Positions 35,162 to 48,001 of a stretch of DNA of 64,000 nt are shown one piece after another; position 1 is the stretch's first letter; each line of letters starts with the position of its first letter. The stretch is from contig MU004197.1 of the NCBI GenBank assembly GCA_010093605.1, positions 1,178,001-1,242,000 on the forward strand, given 5' to 3'. The DNA is from Lophium mytilinum. Taxonomy: Eukaryota. Made by a program: the position numbers and the translations under genes. The notes under the pieces were generated by a model. The model saw only the letters and a list, made by a program, of their open reading frames with translations. It was not told where the DNA came from and searched no databases.

Positions 35162-36515
35162 TCAAGCCTCATACAGGTCCGTCAAGATCTGCTTCACCAG
35201 GGCCTATGATAGGTCAGCTTCACAGCTCAAAATAAGTAGCAATCAATCGCGGACGGACGTACCTGCATGTCCTTCGCAGCATCCCGTCCCGCATCCAACA
35301 CTTCTTGATGGTTCGCCTTTCCTTGGCTCAAATGTTGGTCCAGTTCCTCCTTACTCATGCTCTGAAGTGTCTCGTCATCTCCTCTTGGACCAGCTTCTAA
35401 GACTGCACTGTTTGTGACGAGACTAAATGCCAGTACTCTGATGCCCGAATGCCTAGCAACGACGATCTCGGGGACGGTCGACATTCCAACAACATCAGCG
35501 CCTAGAGTCCGGAGCATGCGACATTCGGCTCGCGTTTCGTAGCTTTACATCTCGTCAGCAAAGATTCATGTTATTCCGGAGTTGCAGTACTGACGTTGGA
35601 CCAGCCACGAAAGCGTAGACACCCTCGTGCAACCTCCTTTTCTGCTTGTCCAGCCCCAACTTCTTCCACGCCTGATGCGTCCGCCTCCTGAGCTCCAAAT
35701 CATACGCGTCCGACAGCGGCGGGAACCTGACTCCAAAGTCGTCGATATTCGGGCCACGCAAGGGATGAATGCCCACCAAGCCCGCCATGTTCAAATGCTA
35801 TACCGCGCCACATCAGCTATTCATACTTACCGCCAATAGTTAGGCTCGTGAGGAGGTAAGAGTATAGCAGGACTGGATAAGGCGCATACATCATTTAGGC
35901 ACACAATATCGCCGACACTGTACTCTTGGTTCAAGCCACCGGCTGCATTCGTAACTACATGTACATTTAATCGTCAGAGCCGCTCTATTCCTCTCTGACA
36001 CGCGGCACGCACCAATGATTGTTTCGACCCCTATGACTTTGCACACCCTCGTCGCGAACGTGACTAGATCCATTGTATGGCCCTCGTAGAAGCTGTCTTG
36101 TTAATAAAGAGACCTTTTATTAACCTGAGACTGAAACTGACTGTGCCCGTCCGACTAGTAGCATCACAGGGACCTTCGAGGACCCGATCTGCCCAAAAAC
36201 GAGCTTGCCTGCGTGGCCCTGAACTGTATCCCCAGCTCATCAATACGTATCCGTTTTGAGACGAGTCTCGAAGTCCTTTCCGTCTCATGTGTTGTAGTAA
36301 TGGCAGAACATACCCGTGCTCTGCGCAAAGTTGGGCACATCTTTATACGCAACCTCGACCTTCGGCTCGGCCTCGATCGTGTCTGCCAGCCCGCCCAGCC
36401 CAGACCCGCATACGATAGCTACTTTAGGGTGTTGCAGTGTTTCCGGGAGGAGGGTGCGGAGGTGGAGACTCGTTTCACACGCGCGCTGGTAGACGGTTGG
36501 TGGAACGGTGGCCAT
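35162..36515 (-). CDS. PNP1: Purine nucleoside phosphorylase
   Basis: [54 protein letters not shown]; many introns. Confidence 0.93.
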
Positions 36516-36721
36516 GGTTGCTATTTCGGCAGTATTCGAGGAAGCTGGGAGCTTGTTTGCTGGGGACTAAAGCTGCTTTTATATTGGCGTGGAGCTCGAG
36601 GTGGGATGCGGGATGCGGAAGGTGGTCTTGGCGCTGATCGGCTCCGCCCGCCGATGAGTCGGCCCGACTGCGCTGGGACAAGATTTCTCGAGAGGGTGCG
36701 CGCAACGGCTTTGACATCACT

Positions 36722-38003
36722 ATGGCGGCGCCTACGCGTTTACGGTCGTCTTTTGGGGCGTTGAAGAGGGCGAAGGTATGTGTGCCTTTCCGAACGTATG
36801 ATTGGGGTTATTGCGATGGTTGAGGACAAGTGCTGATGGAGGAGGATTGCAGATTTCACCTCCCCGAACGATACGACAATGCGTTAGATTCAAGAGCGAC
36901 GATGCGGAGGACTCGGAGGGTGGGAGTGGTCCCCGTCGAGGGGTCGAAAGTCCTGAAAATATGGAGGCAGCCGTAGACGAGGCGGTCTCGTAAGGCTCAG
37001 TCAATATGCAGGAGGAGGATGATTTAGCTGATGGATCTTATTAGGCAAATCAAGGAGTTTTCGCGATTCGAGGAGCTGAAGGCGGATCCGAGGTTCAAGG
37101 AACCGAAGACTGAGAAAGAAATGAGGCGGTCCGTACCCTAGATGTCGCATTGATGGGGTTTGGAAGCTGATTGGTACTAGGAAGTGGAAGGAGTTGCAGT
37201 CCGCGCCAGATCACACCAATGTCCTGGAGATGTGGAAAGAAGCTGGTGTAGAGCCAATTGAGCTCGCGAAGTATGCCATGGCAAGAATCAGGATTGAAGC
37301 AGTCAAGCTAACAAAAACTCAGGAAACGCGGTCTCAAGCTTCCTGGGGACGAGAGGCCTCCGTATGTCCTCCTATAGCTCCGTGACGCATCGAGACCACA
37401 TCTCTGATAGACTATAGACTCGACCCCGAAGTCGCCAAACAGCTCTCCGCCCTCCGCGAACCTCGCAACGTCCAAGCCATCCATCTCAACCCCCTCCGCC
37501 GCTCCGCCGAACACGGCGTCCCCGTCTGTGACCTCCAGCTCCGCACCTACAGCATCCGCAATCTCGAGTTCTTCGCTGACTTCGCCATGCGCGCCGCATA
37601 CTACCTCGGTCTCCCCGCCAAGGGCCCCATCCCCCTACCACGCATAACAGAACGGTGGACAGTACCACGAGCCAACTTCGTCTTCAAAAAGAGCCAGGAG
37701 AACTTCGAGCGAATTACCATGAGAAGGCTCATCCAGATCCAAGACGGACATCCGGAGGTCGTGCAAGCGTGGCTAGCGTTTTTGGCGAAGCATCAGTACT
37801 ATGGTGTTGGTATGAAGGCGAATGTGTTCCAATTTGAGGCGCTAGGGGAGCAACATGAGGGGCCAGAGATAGTAGGAAAGGTTGATACGAGCAAGCAAGA
37901 TCCAAAAATGATGAAGAAGGTGGAGGAGCTGCTAAATCAGGATCAGTTTAAGAAAGCTTTCGCGCAAGCGAGGGCGGAGAAGGCGCCGGAAGTGAGCGCA
38001 TGA
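36722..38003 (+). CDS. RSM10: Mitochondrial small-subunit ribosomal protein uS10m
   Basis: Arg-rich presequence; CDLQLRTYSIRNLEFFADFAMRAAYYLGLPAKGPIPLPR...KKSQENFERIT; several introns. Confidence 0.9.
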
Positions 38004-38482
38004 CGGGGGAGCATAACGTGTGTAAACTGTATGTATATGTATAGGTTGCTGGATTGCATATCTGGCGTATGTAAACTCTTTAGATCTATTGGGAAGCCCA
38101 CAATCCATGTTTACAGCACGGTGCTATCCCACAGTCTCCGGTCACTTGCTCAGTGCACCCAAAGGAACGCCAACTTCAGTCCTACGCAGCTCTTACTTGG
38201 CACCCTTAGCGTGGCCCTGTCTCTGTGATAAATGATGTTGAGCAACTCTACCATGAAGTGTATCACGTGACCTATAAGCACTACTTTTAGACCCCCTGCC
38301 TATAATAGTACGGCTGAAGAACGACGCGTATCCGCCCCACGGACTAATGAGCGGAGCCAACTCTATGGGGAAACAAGAGCTTTTGAACTGATCCCACTTC
38401 CATTCCAGCTGTAATACATCTGATATGGGCATTTCAAGAACCGCACACCACATTCTCTTTTGTGAGCTGCTGTATTGCTGAC

Positions 38483-40163
38483 ATGGTCGGTGTAGCCCGT
38501 AGCAAGGGCTGTCGCGCATGCGTCAAACAACGGGTGAAGGTGCGTTCATTGTCTCAACTTTTCGATTTCTGCTTACGTCTCACTCTTTACTTCAAGTGCG
38601 ATGAGGCGAGGCCAGAATGCGGCCGCTGCAAGAGGTTCGGAAGAGAGTGTCCAGGGTACACCAAGCCCACGAAGTTCGTATATGAAATCCCAATAGCAAA
38701 AGACAAGCAGAAAGTTGGCGAAGGGTCTTTCAGACACATCCGTGAACTCGAACGCCCGAGTCCAAAAAGCCAGAGCCAAAGCCGTAGCCCTAGTTGGTCT
38801 GCTCGAACGACACCAGAGTATCAGGCTTCGAGGGGTTCGTCGGAGGTGGCGACGCCGCTCGTCATTTCACAGTCAATCACTCCTTGGACCCAGGATAAAT
38901 CTCAAGTACTGAAAGTCATGCTTGACGATGCGACTCCAATGGATGAGTTCGCCGACATCCATTTCCTGCGGAAGTGGCTATCATTCGTCCCCTCGCGCTT
39001 AGGTACGAGCAAAGCGCTAGACGACGCGGTCCGGTGTATGGGGACCCATTATATCGGTATGATTTCGAAACAAGAATCTGTTATGTTGTCTGCTAGGCAA
39101 ACGTATGGTCATGCTTTACGCAGTCTTCGAGTAGCAATCGGGGATCCTAAGGAATCGATGTCGTCTGAGACGCTCTGCGGTAATCTTACCTCCCCGAAAA
39201 TCGATATACAACGACTAACGTATGAAAGCTACCATGTTCTTGAGCATCTATGAGGTTAGTACGCTCTGTCTTCCTCTTGCCTTTATCTAATCCTTTTCTG
39301 TATCTAGTTATTTGCTTGCACAAAGAAACATGCATGGGTAAAGCATGCAGGAGGCGCCAGCAAATTATTACAGCTCCGTGGCCCTGATCACATCACCTCA
39401 GGCTTCGATCGTGCAATGCTCTCTTTTTTCCGAGGCCAAGTTGTAGGTTACAATTCCTTACTCTCCCTGATTCATCTTCTAACAGTATTAGACCATGGAA
39501 GCTTTCATGAGAGGGACAGACTCATTTTTGTGCCAGCCTGAATGGCAATTCGTGCTCTCAGACCCTGATCCCAACAATCCCAGCCCCGTCAGCCGCATTA
39601 CCAACGAGTTCCATGCATATCTAGCTACGTGTCCTGGCATCGCCGCCCGGTTCCGTAGTCTTGATCGGAAAAATATGAGCTTAGTGGTTTCGCTCCTCAA
39701 CACAACTTCAGAACTATCCATTGCTCTCCGCGCTTGGTTCATTCGGTTCAGAGAACTCCTTCCACCACCCACGGAAGTGCCCTCCGACCCTTACGACCCT
39801 CTATATCCCACCACCTACCTATTCCGTGGCGCTCCAAACATCTTCTGCACAGCATCTTACTATGGATGTCTCATATTACTCAATTCCATGACCCATGACC
39901 TGCAGCCCGAAGAAAGTCTTGCTATCGAAAACAAATACCTTGTAGACGAGATCTGCAAGTCTGCAGACTTTTCTTTCGACGCGGGGCTATTAGGGCCATA
40001 TAGCACCATCTTCGCGCTGAAAATGGCGTTTATGGTCGCCGAGTTGCCAATAAAGCTTTGGATACAGAAACGCCTGCTGAAGATGGGCGAAATCATGCCG
40101 TTCATGAAGTACCAAGTCTCGCTGGAAACAGATATGGTGCTTGATAATGATCTGGAAACCTGA
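38483..40163 (+). CDS. Zn(II)2Cys6 fungal transcription factor
   Basis: MVGVARSKGCRACVKQRVK|CDEARPECGRCKRFGRECPGY; C-terminal fungal TF region (LRVAIGDP...ETLC, WVKHAGGA..LLQLRGP); about four introns. Confidence 0.88.
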
Positions 40164-40189
40164 GTACTGTCTCATCTTGAGCTCCGGAA

Positions 40190-41612
40190 ATCAAGTCTTG
40201 TCTTGATTCTCGAACAACCCACGGCGGACTCCTGACGGTGTCACCCAGGTGGCAAATAGGGAGTATCGAAGGCCCAATTGAGACCCTTCCGATATTATAT
40301 TCTGAGAAAGATCCAGTCTGATCTATGGAGGACTCCTGACGGCGTCAAGAAAGCGGAATTGAGCCATAAGTCCTAGGCTCCGTGTTAGACCGTCTGGAAA
40401 TCACATTCCATCCACGATCTAGGACGACTACTAGAGGCCCCCCGACAGCGTTGCCCAGGCCCGAAACCGACATATGCGTCGAAGGTCCAATTCCGGCCGT
40501 CTGGAAACTACATCCTATTCACAATCTAGGACGATCTCTATGGCCCCCCTGACGGCATCAAGAGGCTAGAAAGTGAGGACTATTTCGCGACCTCTGTTCT
40601 ACACTTTGCAGTCCTTGACATCGCTTTTTGATCTCAATCAACCCAAGAGAGGACCCCTGACGGGGGCAAGACGCTGCTAACATTGGGCTTTCTCGCAGGG
40701 TCCAATTCACCGGTTGCAGTCCATTACATCGCCGTCCAATAATTCTGATACGCTGGAGGACTTCAGACGGCGTCAGGCACGAGGAAACATGACATTGCTG
40801 CTAGATTCTCTCGGCACCTTAGAGGACTTCAGACGGTGTCACCCGCCTAACAAAACGTAAACGAACATCGTCTAATTCGCGACACCCCCGAGATTCACAC
40901 GAAATGAAGCTTAAGGAGAGGCAGCGTCTGATTCGCGCGTCGCGGTTTATGACATTGCTGTTCGGATTTTCTCGACCTGTTAGGGGACTTCTGACAGCGG
41001 CAAGGCATTGGAAAAGGCTCACTATTTCGCCGCATCTAATTCACGAACTGCGATCTATGACATCGCTCCCCATTTTTCTTGCCTATTTGAGGGACTTCAG
41101 ACGGTGGCAGCCAGATATCAAAACACACGCGAACATTGTTCAAGGTACGACCTGCACGCTTTTCGTGCAAAGTTCCGGCTTAGGGAAATGCAGTGTCTGA
41201 TTCGCACATCGTGATTCTTGACATCGCTGCGCGAAATTTTCGCCTGCTCGGAGGACTTCAGACGGTGCCAGCCAGATGTCAAAATGGGCACGAACATCGT
41301 TCAAGTTAGGGGAGACACGAGATGCATGCAAGATTCTAGCTTCTAACATCGCTCCTAAAATCTTTCGCCTCCTCAAAGGGCTTCAGACGGTGTCAACCAC
41401 CCCAAACAAGCCGCAATCAACCTAATGCGATCTGAACCACCCAAACTTTAACATCCTATCTCTTATTTACTTACACCGCTAAAAGACTTTAGACGGTATC
41501 AACCACCCCCTAAACCCGCTTAAATCAGCCCAATCCAATCTGAACTACTCGAAATTTGACATCCTATCCCACATTTTTTGGCATCGCCAAAGGACTTCAG
41601 ACGGTGTCAGCC
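40190..41612. repeat. Diverged non-coding tandem array; 13 copies of core GGAC(T/C)(T/C)C(A/T)GACGG(T/C)GTCA at ~107-bp period
   Basis: Cores start near 40226, 40330, 40436, 40543, 40651, 40758, 40824, 40985, 41092, 41253, 41378, 41484 and 41592; an ACAT(C/T) box lies 32-33 bp upstream of nearly every core. Confidence 0.85.
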
Positions 41613-41883
41613 CTGTTGCAAACAGCAGATGCGAAGGATGTAAAACAAACAGGCACAGCATAGCAACCACACAATCACGAACAGTAGTCAGAAAAGGTGG
41701 AACTTGTGTTCATATCAGCAATCACGGGCACCATTAGGCCCCCCAATCCGTCCCCTAAACTACTCCAAATAGTCCCGAAAGAGGCCACCCACTTAGGCCT
41801 AAACTACCCCCAAAACTCCAAGTTAAGCCGAAAGACTCCCCTCCACCTAGTCGCTTCTGCCCCTTCTTCTCCCCTAAGCGTCC

Positions 41884-43026
41884 TCACTCTTGTGGGAAAT
41901 GCTCCTGCCAGCGAGGGTAGACGTGCGCACGCGGAGCCGGCGAAATGGTGACATGTTTACCATCACGGCCCACGGAGCGTCGGACGTTTGCGTTGAAAGA
42001 AGTCGCGGAAGCCTCCACCCTTTCGCCAGAAGAATCACCAGAAGCCTCCACCCTTTCGCTAGAAGAAGGACTAGATCTACCGGAAACGTCGTACCATTCG
42101 CGATAAGAAGCAGCGGGAGTGGTTGGCAGTCCGTATAAAGAGGCAGAGATTTCGGGCGCGTGACGTGCATTAAAGTCGACAAGTTCGACGGAAGAGTCCC
42201 CTTCCTCACCCCTCCTTGTCCTGAAAAAGCTACCGAGACGGTTATACTGCGGTCGGTGCGCGTGGTTGCTTGTGGGAGAAGTGTTGCCATATGAGCGCGG
42301 AGTCTGGGTGTTTCTGGGCGTTGTTTCGACGTTTTGCTTGCGGATACGGCACAGCGTCCATACGAGAAGGCCGGAAACAAGGAGAAGAAGGAACGAAATG
42401 ACCCCCAGAGCGATGGCCAACTGGGTGCCCAGCCGGTTCAAAGAATGGTCGAAAGCGGGCGACGGGTCCTGGGTCTTTGTTGGGATGATGGAGCAGGAGG
42501 GGTCACCCGTTGGGGACGCGATGGAGCTTAGAACGGACGGAAGAGCCTGGGCCGTGGTCGAAATAAGTGACGAAAGAGCTTGGGTGGCGTAGCTAGAAGA
42601 AGTCGTTTTAGTGCCGAGAGAGGTGGTTTGAACGCACACAGTGGCCAGATGATCTGCCATGAGAGGGAGGTCGGACGGGCAGGCGGTGGCTCCGCATTCG
42701 AGGACGTACTGGGTCAAGTCATGGCGCCTTTTGCAGAAACAAGCCGTGGAAGAGACCTCGCACCCTAGAGAAAGAAGCACACCTTTGACGAAGCAGTCGG
42801 CCTAAGAGGGTGAAGTTAGCGACAAAGGCTCTACGTTTACGCGTCTGGAAGTACTTACAGCGCAGTTCGGGTGGACGCTTGTGGCGATAGCAGTCACAAT
42901 CTTGGTGACGAAGTGGGTGGACGTGATGGTGACACGCTTAGCGGCGTTGGTAGACGCTGCGTCGGACGTGGAGGCTACAAGAAGGGCGATTAGTGACATG
43001 AAGACGCCAAGCATCGTGAGCTTCAT
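41884..43026 (-). CDS. CFEM-like domain single-pass membrane protein
   Basis: Signal peptide; PNCA|ADCF...GC....ACFC...CGATAC...VC cysteine pattern; S/T-rich stalk; TM segment LAIALGVISFLLLLVSGLLVWTL followed by CRIRK; intron 42802-42858. Confidence 0.72.
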
Positions 43027-43723
43027 CTTGAAAAAGTGTCAGATGATGCACGGTTAGTGGAGCAGCAGAGCCCAGGCGACGTTGGCAACAGCGACGGTGA
43101 CAACAAGCAGATGAAGCGGTTGGAGAGACCAGAGTTCGTGATGGTGATGGCGACGACGTGTGGTGTAGAAGAGCAGAGGACGTGGTCCGTCAAGGTGAAG
43201 AAGAAGGAACAATTGCCAGGCCACGTGCTTCACGTGGCGCGATTACGGCACGCTCTGGGGAAGAATTGTGCGTCATAGCCCGAGAGTGAAGGGAGATGCA
43301 CTGAAAGAGGGCCAGGCTGCGTGATCTCGTCGTCGCGATGGGGGTACAGAGAGGGAGATTGATCTAGCCAGTGAGGTAACCCTGGAAGGGTAGCTTTCGA
43401 GCCTTTTGGCCTTAAAAAGAACCGTCAGCATGTTCATATCATCACCCCTTCAAATCGCGCGTACCTTTTTGAGATTCTGCAGGGTGGGTAGCGCTTCTGA
43501 GGGTCTCCTGGCCATTGTGGAAGTAGAGGCACCAGGATGTCAAATTCTACACCCTCCGAATCGGGCGCCGACTGGTAGGGTTCTGTGATGGAATGTCAGT
43601 TTCTCATCATGTTCATATTGAATGCATCTCGTCAGAATCTTGCGACGGTGGTGGCCGTCTTGAAGGGCTCCTAGGCACTGCGAAGGGAAGAGATTTAGGA
43701 TGTCACATACCGCACTCTCTACA

Positions 43724-45927
43724 TCACCGTTCATACCTCGTCGCACTCACATAATCCTTCTGGGGCCCCTTAACATCATACCTCACCTCCCACCACCCTT
43801 CCTTCCCAAGCCCAAATCGATACCTCGCACTATACAGATCCTTTCCACATAGATGACTTTCCCGTCCTTCAAATCGCAGCTCTTTCACTTCTGATTTGAT
43901 GAGCCTCTCATGGCCGGCTTCCTCCCCCGGACGCTGCGTTGCTTTCATTTGTAAATCCAAGAACAGACCAGTGACGGGCGGCTCGGGGACTTTCGTAGCT
44001 TCTTCGACGAAGAACACACTCATGGTGTCGGTAGTGGGAGCGTAGCGGTAAGCGTATTTCTTTGTTGCAGGGAACTCGAGCCCCGTGGGGAGTTTGAAGG
44101 TGCCCAATTCTTCATAGAGGTATTCATGGGAGAAGGATGGAGAGGAAGGTGGACGCGACGTGAAGGTAGCGGTGCCGGTGAAGGTACCTGAGGGGTGCGT
44201 GGGAAGGGCTGAAGTGAGAGTACGGGATGTTGACCATGGGCCAACGAGAGAGAGGAAGAGACGGAGTGTTGAGGTGGGTTCTGGAGGCGACTTTGGTGTG
44301 CCGGAGATTTGAAGGGTTGAGAGGTCCGGGGGGGCAGCCGAATTTGAAGAAAAGGGGCGGATTAGGAAAGAATTTATGGATTGGAGGGTCGCACGGGAAG
44401 GATTGGCAGTCGGGTAGGAGGTCGTTATCCAACTGAACCGTTGGCGGATGAACGATTTGTCGATAGCATGGCTGAGTGGTTTGGGCGAGATTACTCCTTT
44501 GAGAATAGATCAGTACGACAACGAAAGATTTGAATGAGGGGGATGACCTATACCATTGTCGTCTACAAAGAGGCAGAGAATAGTTAAAGCTACACCAAGA
44601 GAAAGATCTTTCCCCGTGGTACAGCGGACGAGTATTCTGCCAGGATCCTCTTTCATGTTCAGAAAGAACCCCTCAAGCTTTGGGAGTTCGTCTCGAAGGT
44701 CTCGGCTACCTAACTTACCCGAACGGCACTTCAGGTTGAGGTGTCTGGGTTTCTTGCCAGACTGAGTAGCTGGAGGAGTGTCCAGTCCACAGCTTATGAC
44801 GGTATCGAAATCGTCGGGAGTTGCGCCTGGAAGTGGGCCAACATAGAGCGAGGAGGTTGGCTTGATCAAGATGACGTCCGAGGGCATAGAGGCGCCCGCG
44901 CTCTTCAACAGTTCCTCGATAACATCGGGAAGGTCTTCCTCGTTCGTAGCAAGCAATCTGCTCTGATTGCTCCAGAATAGCGGAGGGGTGAGTCCGCACG
45001 ACCACCCTTCACTATCATCACCAGCACCTTGGATATATCCTCCCTCTGAGACCTCGCCGCCCCTGACTCGCCGAGAGGCTGTACAGAGAACGACAGGGTG
45101 AAAATCAGGGAATGAGGGAGGCGTTGGAGGAAGCGAGGATTCCCGCGTTACCCAGAGGGGACGAAGAGGCTTCGAAATTTTCGATCGAAGGGCGGCAATC
45201 TCGAGATTTAGATTCTAGTCATCACTGTCAGTGGCTTGAACATACTCTAACCTATCGTGCGGGCTAAATTACCTGGAGCTGCTGGACGAAGCCATCCAGA
45301 CGAGCTTCGATCTGAGAATGCTCAGACTCTGATATGGATTGGCGTGGTGTGCATAACGCATGCGCAGTCAATTCTGGAAATAGAACCCTGTTCAGCACGC
45401 AACACCAAATTGGCACGGTCTTGAGCAAGGCATCCGGCATGCCTGCTAGAGTCAGCCTTCTCCTATGATAGTTGGATTACAGAGAGGAAATTGAGATGGA
45501 CCTACTTTTGCCTCTCCTAGTTGAGTCTACCACAATGCATCTACAATATTCAGTCTTCTGTTGACCTTATATAACAGTGATGAAAAGCCTACCCGTCGTT
45601 CTTTCCAATAACATCCAGGACTTGAGTGTTCAGCCTTCTCAGACTAAAAGCCCACTGTCCGGTATGGCCGTCGGTGCTCTTGAAATACGCACTCTCGGCT
45701 TTGCGGCTGGGAGGGATATACCAGCTACCACATCTCTCATTCGCTACCAGTGGTAGCTTATACGCATCTGCAACCGCACACACAAACTCAGTATCTTGAG
45801 TGATTGAGTTCAGACGATTGGAGATAGACAGAGCTGAGCGTTTCAAGGATGACAACGTCTCCGAGAAATTTGTAGAGAGAGCTGGGAAAATGATATCGGA
45901 AGTTTTCAGGGCGGGGACGGCCGACAT
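43724..45927 (-). CDS. RIT1: Initiator tRNA A64 2'-O-ribosylphosphate transferase with a C-terminal DUF6314-like extension
   Basis: PLVANERCGSWY, YFKSTDGHTGQW.FSLRRLN, CIVVDSTRRGK-MPDALLKTVPIWC, GKDLSLGVAL, ANPSRATLQSINSFL; the frame stays open to 43724. Confidence 0.9.
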
Positions 45928-46500
45928 CGCACCAGCTACCCTACCAGGACGGCCTCACTGATATGATGATCTGATGACCACGTTATACCAAGGTAGTGAA
46001 GACGTGGGAGAGTTGTGTCTGGGGAAACGAACAGCATTGCTTGCATAATTATGTGCACGTTCACCCCGAGGTTATGCCGAGGTCATCTTGTTTCGCTTCT
46101 CGTCCTATAATCTTGGAATCCAGATATTTCTCTTGCCGCTTCTTGAAACGTCTTGGCACACTTTCACAATTCCAAGTGAGAAAGATTTCTTTACTCCGAG
46201 CGATTTGTGAATTGCTGAGCCAGCTGAGACAGCTGTCAGAGCTCAAATGGTCACTCAAGCGACACAGCTACGATGTTATCAAATTCAGGCAGTAGATGTG
46301 TGACAGAGTGTATTTTGTGCCTTTGCGGGTATGCTAATTCTGAGCTCCCATGCTCTCCAATCCACGAGGGATGTGCATATGTATGTGGGGTATTTATCCA
46401 TCCTTTCCAAAACGCCCAGGCTAAATATCACAACTCAGCTAGTTCTAAGTTTCCCAAATAAGGCCCCATTTTTGTTGCTCTTCATGCAGACGCAGTACGC

Positions 46501-47706
46501 TCAATCGATATTGATTTGGCCGGAACCATTGACAGCGGGCGCTTGGAGCAGAATCGGGACATCGAATATGGGGTGCAGGGCATAGACTGGCGCGGAGCTT
46601 TCTTCGCCGTTGAAGAGAAGCAAATTCTGGATAGGCTGCAAGCGCTTGCCGAGCACGTTGATGACGTCCTGTGCAAGCTGGCCGCCTAGAAATGCCGTGA
46701 CAGGGGCCAATTCGCTTCCCAGGTTCTGAAGGAAGCTTCGCAAGAACTCAGACTTCAGGGTGTCCGCCGGTAGCTGGAACTCTTTGTGCTTCTCCGTTGC
46801 CAAGGTCGTGAAACGATGCAGATCCGCATGCTGATGCGATGGGAGAGTCGCGCCAGACTCCTTCTGATAGTCCCACAGTGCGCGCAGGCATGTGAGGAGG
46901 GGACTGACGAGCTTCAGCTTTCGCCGGTTCCGTAGGTATTCAGGAGGAAGAGGAGAGGAGTTTGCCAGGAGTAACGGGGAATATAGTTCTCGTTTAGTGA
47001 CCATCTCAATGGTCTTCCCCGACTCTTTCTTTGTCGACACCGAAATGATAGATCTGGTGGCGGACTCTGGTCTGATCAGGGTTTCCATGTTGGGTTTGTC
47101 CCTCTCGATGTTGTAGTCATGCGAGATGAGGTCGGCGAAGATGTATCCGTAGAAACCGTGGGCCCCGGCGGCATAGAACGGCGTATTAGAGAGCCGTGTC
47201 GCAGCATTGATCGTCGTCAAGGTGGTGAAGTCGAGATCGGTCGCGATTACGACGTCGTAGGGATTGTAAAAATCGGGCCCTTGGAGCAGGATATTCCCCG
47301 TGAGGGCCTTCACGTTCACCCGAGGATTGAGCTTCTGGATCTGGGGCGCAGCTGCCTGTGCTCTGTTCTTCCCTAGGTCGGCCTCGGAAATGAAGAATTG
47401 AGAGCATAGGTCATCTTCGGTGACTACCTCGCTGTCCACGATAGTCAGAGAGCCAATGCCAGATAGGACGAGATTCTTCGCAGCTTCGTTCGCAAGAGCC
47501 TTCATAGATACGATGAGAATATTCGCGGTCCGGATCTTCTCTTGGGCCTGGACACCCCATAATCGGATTTGGCGGTCATAGAGAGCGATTTCGTCGGCGC
47601 TGATTGTTTGTGCTTGGGCGATGGCTGCTACCGTTTCTCCCGCAGCGTCTGGTGCTGGAAAGGAAGTACCATTGGAGGCCGTCGGGGCAGGAACGGTGCC
47701 GTCCAT
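46501..47706 (-). CDS. AOS1: SUMO-activating enzyme E1 subunit Aos1/Rad31
   Basis: EIALYDRQIRLWG, AKNLVLSGIGSLTIVD, LNPRVNV, ELAPVTAFLGGQLAQDVIN; intronless. Confidence 0.92.
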   Translation of the reverse strand: MDGTVPAPTASNGTSFPAPDAAGETVAAIAQAQTISADEIALYDRQIRLWGVQAQEKIRTANILIVSMKALANEAAKNLVLSGIGSLTIVDSEVVTEDDLCSQFFISEADLGKNRAQAAAPQIQKLNPRVNVKALTGNILLQGPDFYNPYDVVIATDLDFTTLTTINAATRLSNTPFYAAGAHGFYGYIFADLISHDYNIERDKPNMETLIRPESATRSIISVSTKKESGKTIEMVTKRELYSPLLLANSSPLPPEYLRNRRKLKLVSPLLTCLRALWDYQKESGATLPSHQHADLHRFTTLATEKHKEFQLPADTLKSEFLRSFLQNLGSELAPVTAFLGGQLAQDVINVLGKRLQPIQNLLLFNGEESSAPVYALHPIFDVPILLQAPAVNGSGQINID

Positions 47707-48001
47707 GGCCGCGTAGTGGAGGATGCAGACAGCAGGAGGGCGAGATAGAACGAGTGTCGTCGGTTTAGCGGAAAGTAGCTACCTAGGCAGTGAAACTTAG
47801 TGAGGCTCAACTTCAAGGTCTTGGCAGCCCTTGGTCTACCCGTAGCCTGGCGGCGTTTGAGATGTGGGGGTGGCAGGTGCATCAACCTTCGAGAGCCCAC
47901 GACCACCCACGGAGCCTTCATCATATCACCCACGACTGCCCGCACATACACTCTCTCACGATACATGTCCACTCCTACTCGAGACGACTCGTCCTTGATA
48001 C

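Noticed and set aside
40190..41612. Array as a CRISPR locus
   Set aside because: Eukaryotic context, no cas genes, degenerate repeats, and spacers are partly homologous to one another.
40190..41612. Array as a minus-strand micro-exon gene (TGAC...AG|33-34 nt|GT)
   Set aside because: Putative exons alternate between 33 and 34 nt, some contain stops, donors are poor (GTCAAG, GTTAAA), and some units lack the branch site or AG.
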